A stretch of DNA of 32,227 nucleotides, taken from assembly GCF_001194135.2 (NCBI RefSeq), contig NC_068995.1:11797686-11829912 (forward strand). The letters are read 5' to 3'. A program made the position numbers and the translations under genes. The DNA is from Octopus bimaculoides. Its lineage: Eukaryota. This document shows, piece by piece, positions 22,298-32,227 of this stretch; the stretch's first letter is position 1, and every line of letters starts with the position of its first letter. The notes below the pieces were generated by a model. That model was not told the origin of the DNA, ran no database searches, and was given only the letters and a program-made list of their open reading frames with translations.

Positions 22298-23475
22298 TTC
22301 AAAATAGCGTGGTTGCTGTATAGTTCAACTCCTGCTCGTTATTAAATGAAGGTAGATGTAAACTAGAAGAATGTTAGCTAGAGAAGCAATCTTAATCTTA
22401 GAAAGACTAGATTGTATTTTAAAAAATATCGACTCCCTAATTCTGCTGACAATCAAGAGAGGAAAATTCAGTATTTAATGCAATGTGAATGCTACTTTCC
22501 TATACTTTCTCCTTCCACCACAAAATATATATATAAAAAAAAGCAACGTATTTTTCATGTAATTCATTATTTGATATCAGTGTGTGTTTGTTTTTTTGTC
22601 TTTTTAAACCGCTGCAAGTTATACAAGATATGCAACCTGCATTCTAACTGCAATTTTTCCTCTACCATATCAATAATTGATATTTCACTGCTTGCATGTT
22701 TCATATTAGTTATTTCGATTTGGTTTTATTTTGTTGATATCCTTCTTTTTTCTTTTCTTTTTTTTTTTTTGCGGGAGGGCTTAAAGCCATTCACATGTTA
22801 GAAGGAGTCTCTCATCTGATTATTTGAGAAATGTCCTAAATTGTTGCTTTAACGAAAAATAAAAACAACAACAAAACAAAACAAAACGAAACAAAAACAT
22901 CCCAATTGCATTTTATATTTTCACATTTACGTGTGAGATTATATAATAAATACGATTCTCTCTCATTCTCTCTCTCTCTTTCTCTCCCTGCTTCTATATT
23001 TCTCACTCTGTATACACGCGTACTTAGAAATATAGTCTCCACCGTATATATATGTATGCATGTGTGTGTGTGTATGTGTGTGTGTCTGAGTACATATACA
23101 TACACTCATAAAAACACACACGTGTATATATATTTATATACACTCCTCTGTGCTGCGAAGCAAAGTTAACCAACATTGTATTCTTGACGCGGGTTCAAAT
23201 CAGAGTCTTTCTCTTTCGAACATTTTCTTGCAGTTTACTGCATTGATTTATAAGATCAAAATTCCCATCTGTCGTAAAAGAGCCATTTTAAAAAAATGTG
23301 AAAGCACAGAATAAAATCTGTTAAATTTACTTCCAATTATGTCTTAAGGTATCCAAATTTTTAAATAGCTAAAATCTCTCTAATACGACGTTATTGCTTC
23401 TGCTTCAACACAGAGTAACAGACCAAATCACTTCTTAATACAAACACAACCTCCAAATTATTATCCAATTCTGTT

Positions 23476-23652
23476 AAAGCGGCGATTTGACAGACATAAA
23501 GCTTAGCGGCATTTATTCCGAAGTTCCATTCTAACTTCAAATCCTACCAATGTCGTTTTTTGCTCTCAACTATTTTGGGATCGAACGCTGGAATTGATAT
23601 AATAGACTTACCACCTCCCTTAAAACTGATGAGCATAGGCCAAAGTTTGAAA
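23476..23652 (+). mobile_element. Degenerate SINE family D
   Basis: AAAGCGGCGATTTGACAGA...AAGCTTAGCGGCATTT...TTCAAATCC...GACTTACCACCTCCC...CCAAAGTTTGAAA. Confidence 0.65.
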
Positions 23653-23769
23653 TTATTCAATTCTATAGCGATTTCAGCGTTCTTAAAATCTTAAAATCTT
23701 CTGCATCTATGAAGACCAACTCATGTTCCATTGCCAAAATATCTCATTTTCATAATTCAGATTTCCTTA

Positions 23770-23870
23770 GGAGTCGACAAAAATAATGTACCAGTCTCAA
23801 GTACTCTGATCGATGTTACGGACTGGTACCCCTCCACCAAATTCCAGGCATTGCACCTATATTAGAAACA
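23770..23870 (+). mobile_element. SINE family D, 3' half
   Basis: GGAGTCGACAAAAATAATGTACCAGT...TACCCCTCCACCAAATTCCAGGCATTGCACCTATATTAGAAAC. Confidence 0.7.
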
Positions 23871-23920
23871 ATTATTCAGATTTTCGTAGCTTTAAATATG
23901 TTCAAGATATGGATAAAATT

Positions 23921-24002
23921 TCTTCTTCTTCTTCTTCTTCTTCTTCTTCTTCTTCTTCTTCTTCTTCTTCTTCTTCTTCTTCTTCCTCCTCCTCCTCCTC
24001 CT
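23921..24002. repeat. Compound (CTT)n-(CCT)n microsatellite bordering a gap
   Basis: Directly visible; it gives rise to the poly-S/L/E artefact ORFs. Confidence 0.97.
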
Positions 24003-25075
24003 NNNNNNNNNNNNNNNNNNNNNNNNNNNNNNNNNNNNNNNNNNNNNNNNNNNNNNNNNNNNNNNNNNNNNNNNNNNNNNNNNNNNNNNNNNNNNNNNNN
24101 NNNNNNNNNNNNNNNNNNNNNNNNNNNNNNNNNNNNNNNNNNNNNNNNNNNNNNNNNNNNNNNNNNNNNNNNNNNNNNNNNNNNNNNNNNNNNNNNNNNN
24201 NNNNNNNNNNNNNNNNNNNNNNNNNNNNNNNNNNNNNNNNNNNNNNNNNNNNNNNNNNNNNNNNNNNNNNNNNNNNNNNNNNNNNNNNNNNNNNNNNNNN
24301 NNNNNNNNNNNNNNNNNNNNNNNNNNNNNNNNNNNNNNNNNNNNNNNNNNNNNNNNNNNNNNNNNNNNNNNNNNNNNNNNNNNNNNNNNNNNNNNNNNNN
24401 NNNNNNNNNNNNNNNNNNNNNNNNNNNNNNNNNNNNNNNNNNNNNNNNNNNNNNNNNNNNNNNNNNNNNNNNNNNNNNNNNNNNNNNNNNNNNNNNNNNN
24501 NNNNNNNNNNNNNNNNNNNNNNNNNNNNNNNNNNNNNNNNNNNNNNNNNNNNNNNNNNNNNNNNNNNNNNNNNNNNNNNNNNNNNNNNNNNNNNNNNNNN
24601 NNNNNNNNNNNNNNNNNNNNNNNNNNNNNNNNNNNNNNNNNNNNNNNNNNNNNNNNNNNNNNNNNNNNNNNNNNNNNNNNNNNNNNNNNNNNNNNNNNNN
24701 NNNNNNNNNNNNNNNNNNNNNNNNNNNNNNNNNNNNNNNNNNNNNNNNNNNNNNNNNNNNNNNNNNNNNNNNNNNNNNNNNNNNNNNNNNNNNNNNNNNN
24801 NNNNNNNNNNNNNNNNNNNNNNNNNNNNNNNNNNNNNNNNNNNNNNNNNNNNNNNNNNNNNNNNNNNNNNNNNNNNNNNNNNNNNNNNNNNNNNNNNNNN
24901 NNNNNNNNNNNNNNNNNNNNNNNNNNNNNNNNNNNNNNNNNNNNNNNNNNNNNNNNNNNNNNNNNNNNNNNNNATATATGTGTGTGTGTGTGTGGGTGTA
25001 TGCATGTATGAATGCATGTATGTATGTATATATGTGCTATATGTGTGCATGTGCACCCGTTTGCTTATTTAACCA

Positions 25076-25119
<44 letters not shown>

Positions 25120-25890
25120 GAGCACACCCTTTGTGATATTTGTTCTACACCCAGTTACACGGACGCTCCTTTTGCTTTTCTCTCCGTCCGTCGGAAATAC
25201 CAGTGAATGAGCCGCTAGTTACCTCTAACCAATATTGTTTACCAGTTGGGACGCAAAATTAATTAAGAAAAAAAATCCGGGTCGTTACTTTAATAAAAGT
25301 CACGTTGCATTTGCCTATGAGCATGAACGTCAGACATTATCGTATAAATCTATATAGTATAATATTTAAAATCCTGTTCAGATATAATATTCAACACGGG
25401 GTTTCAGAAATATTAATTTCACACTTGAATAATTGACAGTATGTGATAGAGACAACGAGGAAGGCTGTGTGTGCTGACTCGATCAGCAAAAATAGCAGTC
25501 AAGTCTCCGCCTTCAAACTACATAATACTGAGTTAGAAAAGAAGGAAACACATTTGATATTATGTATAATGTGTTTGCAGTTTCTGCACCACAAAGGTAT
25601 GATCAGATGACAACTGGTACCTACTGAAGGTGTATATTAATAATCTGTTCAAAATTGAGGTATGTCAACGTAGACTATTGATCTACTAGAAACAGCAGCT
25701 AAACGCACCCTGATATTATACGCGCCTGTTTTTTAATGATGTAGACAAATGGTTCGCAGCCATTTTTTCCTATCGACCATTTTGATTTCCATTTTACTCA
25801 GATGAGAAATCATAGCCAATCGATGCTTTAAACAATTCCTATTATATTTTCATAACAAAAATAGTATTAGGGAATGTGTTCTTTCTATTA

Positions 25891-26041
25891 TTCTTTCATT
25901 TGTTTCAGTCATTTGACTGCAGCCATGCTGGAGCACCACGTTTACTCGAGCAAATCGACCACAGGACTTATTCTGTGTAAGCCTAGTACTTATTCTATCG
26001 GTATCTTTTGCCGAACCGCTAGTTACGGAGACGTAAACACA
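25891..26041 (-). mobile_element. SINE family A, 3' half
   Basis: GTTTCAGTCATTTGACTGCAGCCATGCTGGAGCACC...AAATCGACC...GTACTTATTCTATCGG.ATCTTTTGCCGAACCGCTAGTTACGGAGACGTAAACAC. Confidence 0.9.
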
Positions 26042-26229
26042 CGAGCATATATTGCTCGTGTGTATCTTTGTCGTGAGTTTCCGGTGGTTTTCGAGCCTTA
26101 AATCTGATTTGAGGAAGTGGTATTATATACCCTACTATATCTAAATTTGCCTTATATTGTGCCTGTAACGGTGTGAATTTGCTGGCCACATTATTGTTAC
26201 TTTATTAATATCATTTATAACAGTAATAA

Positions 26230-26318
26230 TACATATTTATATATATAAATATATATATATGTGTGTGTGTGTACGTATATAACGTATATCATTCATATGT
26301 GTATATATCTACGTTCTC

Positions 26319-26372
<54 letters not shown>

Positions 26373-26595
26373 ATTTATATATATTTAATATATATATATA
26401 CGCATAGGTACATCGACATATATATATATATATACACATACATACATACATACATACATGTATGTATATAAATACATATGTATGTGTGTGGGTGTGTGTC
26501 GCATGTATATGTGTGTGTATGTGTGTATGTTTGTGTGTGTGTGTGCGTGCGTGCGTGTGTGTGTGTGTGTGTGTATGTGTGTGCTTGTGTGTGTG
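26230..26595. repeat. (TA)/(TG)/(CATA) low-complexity block
   Basis: Directly visible. Confidence 0.92.
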
Positions 26596-26611
26596 TACGG
26601 ACGAGCATTAG

Positions 26612-26800
26612 GAAAATTTGAAGGAGAAATTGGAAAATGAAAATGTTCAAAGTGTGTGTCGCATGAAACTTATAAACAAAGAGGGAAAAAAAATCAGAAG
26701 TGCGCTTATCAAATGTTGCAAAATGGCATGTATTATAAGATAGATGCTTTGTACGTAATGAGAAACACAGCGGCTGTTGTAAGTTCCCTAAAAATAGAAT
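26612..26800 (+). pseudogene. Possible decayed LINE ORF1 (gag-like) fragment
   Basis: ENLKEKLENENVQSVCRMKLINKEGKKIRSALIK resembles the pre-zinc-knuckle region of LINE ORF1 proteins. A frameshifted Cys-containing stretch follows. Recognition is by eye only. Confidence 0.3.
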
Positions 26801-27825
26801 AATTGTTGTGAAAGGAGAAATTTCGAAAGAGAAGCAAGTAAGGAACATTTGGAGATGAAGATGGAAGATGGAGGAGGAAGAAGAAGACAAGTCTTAAGAC
26901 AGTCAATCACCAAACACAATAATGAGATCCACAGAGACGGGAATAGAAAATAAAGAACCATAAGAACATACGAAAGGAAATAACGATCTTTAAAGATTTA
27001 GGAATAATTAGAAGCTTCGGATGTGCCAATATCTAGGCAAGTAATTGGAGGAAATAGCGGTAGTTAAAGAAGGAACTCACGTTCAGAATCGTATATATAT
27101 GTATGTATGTATATATATATATATATATATNNNNNNNNNNNNNNNNNNNNNNNNNNNNNNNNNNNNNNNNNNNNNNNNNNNNNNNNNNNNNNNNNNNNNN
27201 NNNNNNNNNNNNNNNNNNNNNNNNNNNNNNNNNNNNNNNNNNNNNNNNNNNNNNNNNNNNNNNNNNNNNNNNNNNNNNNNNNNNNNNNNNNNNNNNNNNN
27301 NNNNNNNNNNNNNNNNNNNNNNNNNNNNNNNNNNNNNNNNNNNNNNNNNNNNNNNNNNNNNNNNNNNNNNNNNNNNNNNNNNNNNNNNNNNNNNNNNNNN
27401 NNNNNNNNNNNNNNNNNNNNNNNNNNNNNNNNNNNNNNNNNNNNNNNNNNNNNNNNNNNNNNNNNNNNNNNNNNNNNNNNNNNNNNNNNNNNNNNNNNNN
27501 NNNNNNNNNNNNNNNNNNNNNNNNNNNNNNNNNNNNNNNNNNNNNNNNNNNNNNNNNNNNNNNNNNNNNNNNNNNNNNNNNNNNNNNNNNNNNNNNNNNN
27601 NNNNNNNNNNNNNNNNNNNNNNNNNNNNNNNNNNNNNNNNNNNNNNNNNNNNNNNNNNNNNNNNNNNNNNNNNNNNNNNNNNNNNNNNNNNNNNNNNNNN
27701 NNNNNNNNNNNNNNNNNNNNNNNNNNNNNNNNNNNNNNNNNNNNNNNNNNNNNNNNNNNNNNNNNNNNNNNNNNNNNNNNNNNNNNNNNNNNNNNNNNNN
27801 NNNNTATATATATATATATATATGC

Positions 27826-28300
27826 ATTTATATGATGGACGAAGTGACAGATAAATAGGCTGGAAATGTGTGCAACAATTTTGAAGATATTATACAGGAT
27901 GGAAGTGGAATTTGATGTTTAATGATAACGATAAGATGTACATGGGAGAGGGGAGAAAGTTATAGAAGAGTTTGTTAAAATGTTAGACTGACAAACAGCA
28001 AGATGAAATATTTGCATTTCTATATATGAAGATTAATACTAGTAAAGTTAATAATAAGGGTATACAAACGGAGTAGGACAATATAATGACATTTAAGTAA
28101 AGGAAAAAAAATGTACGTTCTGTTCTGGAGTTATTTATGTCATAATAAAATAGTGTATAAGTCTGACTGTCTCATAAAATGACACTCCTAAAAAAAATGT
28201 GAAGAAAGAATACTATGATGAACAAATATGTTTTGCGACCGGACAAACGTTGGAAGCTTTACGTTGTTGCTTGATTTGCTAGTAAGAGGAGGCATATTGG
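27826..28300 (+). pseudogene. Heavily decayed LINE reverse-transcriptase fragment (RTE/CR1-like)
   Basis: MMDEVTDK*...GI*CLMI...EKVIEEFVKMLD...NICI resembles the region around the YADD motif, which is itself eroded. Downstream ...KERI and LEA remnants lie in the expected order. Confidence 0.4.
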
Positions 28301-28312
28301 TTTATAAATGAT

Positions 28313-28437
28313 ACTCTTTACTCTTTTACTTGTTTCAGTCATTTGACTGCGGCCATGCTGTAGCACCACCTGTAGTCAAGTAAATCGACCCCAGGACTTA
28401 TTCTTTCCATGCCTTGTACTTATTCTATCGGTATTCT
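28313..28437 (-). mobile_element. SINE family A, 3' tail
   Basis: TACTCTTTTACTCTTTTACTTGTTTCAGTCATTTGACTGCGGCCATGCTG...AAATCGACCCCAGGACTTATTC...GTACTTATTCTATCGG. Confidence 0.9.
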
Positions 28438-28459
28438 TTCTTTAAAGAAAAAAAAAAGA

Positions 28460-28545
28460 TCGGACTGATATAGATTCGTTTGACAAGAATTATTCAAGGC
28501 TGTGCCCCAACATGGCCGAAGACTGAAACTAATAAAAATCTAAAT
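28460..28545 (+). mobile_element. SINE family A 3' tail, opposite orientation
   Basis: TTCAAGGCTGTGCCCCAACATGGCCG..GACTGAAACTAATAAAA is homologous to the reverse complement of 15900-15950 and 28320-28372. Confidence 0.75.
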
Positions 28546-28554
28546 AAAGAGACA

Positions 28555-28956
28555 TTACTCTTTTACTTGTATCAGTCATATGACCGTGGCCATGCTGGAG
28601 CACCGCTTTTAGTCGAGGAAATTGACCTGAAGACTTATTCTTTGTAAGCGCAGCACTTATTCTATTGATCTCTTTTGCCGAACCACTANNNNNNNNNNNN
28701 NNNNNNNNNNNNNNNNNNNNNNNNNNNNNNNNNNNNNNNNNNNNNNNNNNNNNNNNNNNNNNNNATATATATATATATATATATACGTATATACGACGGG
28801 CTTCTTTCAGTTTCCGTCTATCAATTCCACTCACAAGGCTTTAATCGGCCCGAAGATATAGTAGAATACACTTGCCCAAAGTGCCACGCAGTGGGACTGA
28901 ACCCGGAACCATGTGGCTGGTAAACAAGCTACCTATCACACAGCCACTCCTGCACC
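28555..28956 (-). mobile_element. Full-length SINE family A with internal (TA)n and a gap
   Basis: The head GGTGCAGGAGTGGCTGTGTGATAGGTAGC...CATGGTTCCGGGTTCAGTCCCACTGCGTGGCACTTTGGGCAAGTG is tRNA-like plus CORE-like. The tail ...GACTGATACAAGTAAAAGAGTAA is also present. Confidence 0.92.
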
Positions 28957-29144
28957 TAAAAACTCGATTTGGCCAGATTGGAAAATGTACTCTCTAATGT
29001 AAAATGATACCGGACATAGGCGACTGGAATGCGGTTGATTAATGCTGTCTAGAACTGGGCTAGTGGTTAAAATTTATATGATAGTATCTTATCAGTTAAA
29101 CAACTGAAATTGTAATAGCTTGATAACCAGAAATGCAATGATAT

Positions 29145-29285
29145 GACTAACGAATCATTACTAGAGGATAGGCTAAATTAATGGGCATTTCTTCCGGTTT
29201 TTTATGCTCTGAAGTCAAAACCTGATGAGAAGGAAACTTATTTCATTCATCCCGTTAGTCTCCATGAAATAAAGTATCATTTGCT
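29145..29285 (+). mobile_element. Degenerate SINE family D
   Basis: GAATCATTA...GGGCATTTCTTCCGG...GCTCTGAAGTCAAA...TTCATCC...ATGAAATAAAGTATCA. Confidence 0.5.
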
Positions 29286-29336
29286 ATATCGTTTTACTAT
29301 ATCCTTTAGAAATTGATGACGTTTTACCTAAATTGT

Positions 29337-29679
29337 GAAGGCACATGACTCGGTGGTTAGAGCGACGGACTCACAATCATGAGGTAATGAGTTCATTTGT
29401 TGGACCAGGCTGTGTGTTGTGTTCTTGAGCAAAACACTTTACTCTCACGTTGCTCCAGTTCACTCACTTTTAGAAATGAGTTGCAAAATCACTGGTGTCA
29501 AGCTGCATCGGATTTTGCCTTCCTTGGGACAACGTCGGTGGTGTGGAGAGGGGAGACTAGTTTGCATTGGCGACTGCTGATCTTCCGCAAAAATAACACT
29601 GCCCGGACTTGTACCTCGGTGGGGAATTTTCGAGGTGCAATCCCATGGTCATTCATGACAGAAGAGTGTCTTTACTTTT
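29337..29679 (+). mobile_element. Full-length tRNA-derived SINE family C with CORE/Meta-like central domain
   Basis: Head GGCACATGACTCGGTGGTTAGAGCG...GGACTCACAATC; centre GTGTTGTGTTCTTGAGCAAAACACTTTACTCTCACGTTGCTCCAG; tail ...TCTTTACTTT. A second copy lies at 14710-14948. Confidence 0.85.
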
Positions 29680-29692
29680 GTAGGAGAGACTT

Positions 29693-29815
29693 GAGCAATG
29701 GCTTGACAGAATTGATAGTGCACTGGATAAAATTCCCAGGCTCTTTTACTTCTGAGTTCCAAACCCAGTGAGGGTAATTTTACCTTTTATTTCCCCGTCG
29801 TCCATAAAATAGAGA
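29693..29815 (+). mobile_element. Degenerate SINE family D
   Basis: GGCTTGACAGAATTGATAG...GGATAAAAT...TTCTGAGTTCCAAA...TTTACCTTTTAT...CCATAAAATA. Confidence 0.6.
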
Positions 29816-30034
29816 ACATGCTTACATCTACTGCCATATTTCTGCTTTTACTGACCACATTATGAACTTCATTGTATTATCGCTTATTATTAATAAATAG
29901 AGAGAAACTTTTCTAAGGCTATCTCTATTAAATAATAACCGATAAAAATGTAGGTTGAATTGTTGGTCGATTAATTTCCCCAATTTCTTTATTATATCGC
30001 AGAGCAAGTGAACGTGGGAGCGAGCGAGCAAGAG

Positions 30035-30036
30035 AG

Positions 30037-30088
<52 letters not shown>
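30035..30088. repeat. (AG)n microsatellite
   Basis: Directly visible. Confidence 0.97.
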
Positions 30089-30091
<3 letters not shown>

Positions 30092-30949
30092 ATATTAAGA
30101 GTGGTAGGATGAGGGTCATGTAATTTTCTGCAGGTGCAAGCTGAGTGTTTTATGACATTATTTAATAAAATTTCGCCGAGATAGGCTTTCGATAAAGTAG
30201 ATTGCGATTATGTTGAGAAAATTTCGGAAAATAATAACATACATTTGTTGCAAATATACAAATGGGAAATTTGTTTTATTTAATTTTATTTTAAGCTAAT
30301 AAATATTTTCCTTTTGAAAATTAGTATTCGTTTCATCATTTGTATAGGTGCCAAGATATTTGATGAAATTTAAATTGTAATCATTGTATATATACTATAT
30401 TTCTTTATATTAACCATAGTGTTAAGAATAGACGGCAAAAATTATCTATTGTATGAGAGTTAAGACTCCGTTATACTTACCATTATTCAGCTCGAGACTT
30501 AGTTCAATCTCTACCGCTAAATATATTCATTAATAAGTGGGGTGATGAACGATAGGAAAATGTGGTACATCCCTACAGTTGTACCACTGGACTGAATCAC
30601 TGAGAAGTTACTCAAAATTTCCTGGTAATGGAAACTGGTGCTGAACCTGTGAAAGGCTTTCAAACACTGACCCTTCAGTTGGGTATAGGTTTTACTCATT
30701 CATCAACTCAGTCATCTACTTCCCGCCGTTTGTATATGACTCTCAGGTGAATGCGATTTTATAAAACATCTTGTGTAGGTGGGTCTCATATCTAAAACAT
30801 TACGTTACATACTAATTGTTCTGAACCTTTAAGAGTACGGGTACACCTATTTTCTTTCTTGTACTTCTTTACTTGACTCTTTGTTATAATTGCAATTTTC
30901 GAGCATAAATATAATCTGGGTAAAAAGGTATCTGAAACAGAATTAAGAG

Positions 30950-31383
<434 letters not shown>

Positions 31384-31564
31384 TATGAAATCGTTGTTTT
31401 CACCGACTAATTCGAGGTTAGGAATAGATATTTACACGTTTATTTTTAACAGGTCCAAGCAGGTTCAGATGGAAATATGCTGGGCGTTTTAGTGGATGCC
31501 TTAGGACACTAACTTCCCTCTTTCTGCTGGTCTCATTGGCGCACAACCTTCTGGGTCACCGGTC

Positions 31565-31773
31565 TTTTGACACGTACCAGGAAATTTGAAACTTTGGGAC
31601 TAGGGTAAGCCTAGTCGATTACCTGGAACGCAATACTCAACTGTTGTTTATTTCAATGATCCCGCAACGATGAAATGCAAAGTCAACCCCGGTGGAATTT
31701 GAACTCAGAAGGTACAGACGGACGAAATGCTGCTAAACATTTCGCTCGGTATAGTAACAATTCTCCCATCTCG
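31565..31773 (-). mobile_element. SINE family D, near full length
   Basis: The reverse complement reads GAGAATTGTTAC...ATGTTTAGCAGCATTTCGTCCGTC...TTCTGAGTTCAAATTCCACCGGGGTTGACTTTGCATTTCATC...GTAATCGACT...AAATTTCCTGG. Confidence 0.85.
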
Positions 31774-31914
31774 ACACACAATTCAATGTGTGGCTTTCTT
31801 CTCGAGCCTATAACAATTTTTCATTGAGATCTGACTTCTCTCACTAGCAGGGCTACGAAACCACGTAGATGCTCACTCATCGGTCGCTTAGATAACTGTA
31901 ACGCTAAGTTCTTT

Positions 31915-32015
31915 TGTAAGTCGAGTGGAGGGTATTAAATTCCATCGGGAATTAAAACCGCGTCCCCATACCTTCTATCCGATGCTAACCCCTTATTCCA
32001 AGCCGCTCACCGCAT
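31915..32015 (-). mobile_element. Possible very degenerate SINE family D head
   Basis: TCCGATGCTAAC...CAAGCCGCT weakly mirrors the family D head. Confidence 0.3.
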
Positions 32016-32227
32016 AAAAGAAATATTATTTTAAGAATATTTGTCCGACTGTCATTGTTATGTAAACATCAAGAATTTTGCTCGTACAGCTTCGAAATGT
32101 GATGTTTCTGTTAGAATTCTTTGTTTTTCTTTGAATTCTATCTTGTGTCCCGAACTCATTCTCGAAAATTTATTAATTCTAAGAATTTATTCAAACTAGT
32201 ACAACCGGATATATATATATATATATA

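Larger units (their letters stand above)
2652..28764. other. Ten assembly gaps: 2652-2973, 3950-4238, 11612-11765, 12396-12839, 13957-14692, 17530-17576, 18430-18972, 24003-24973, 27131-27804, 28689-28764
   Basis: N-runs totalling 4,256 nt, almost all flanked by di- or trinucleotide repeats, as expected in a short-read scaffold. Confidence 0.99.

Noticed and set aside
25580-25660. Exon-like segment TTTGCAG|...GAG|GTATGT
   Set aside because: All three frames of the 79-nt version contain stops. A 16-nt micro-exon or non-coding exon cannot be supported without RNA data.
30560-30750. Short open frames on both strands with possible splice sites
   Set aside because: No recognisable motif and weak or absent acceptors; consistent with chance.

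Overview
AT-rich, microsatellite-dense animal genomic DNA, probably intronic or intergenic. The SINE families, Penelope-type termini and ten N-gaps (4,256 N, about 13% of the window, nearly all bounded by microsatellites) suggest an octopus short-read assembly; this is inferred from recalled repeat families, not a database search. No protein-coding gene can be identified with confidence. Most long ORFs in the track are artefacts of N-runs and simple repeats. Supported content: (1) a mariner relic made of two oppositely oriented 5' halves (733-1615); (2) the 3' end of a maT/DD37D-like transposon (18052-18414); (3) about 17 copies or fragments of four tRNA-type SINE families, one full length with a perfect 14-bp TSD; (4) two tandem 3' ends of an R4/Dong-like RLE retrotransposon embedded in a (TATG)n tract (20490-20958); (5) a fold-back element joining a tRNA-like head, (AAT)n spacers and a Penelope/hammerhead-like end (30950-31383); (6) other hammerhead-like relics, decayed LINE fragments and a few weak exon or regulatory candidates.
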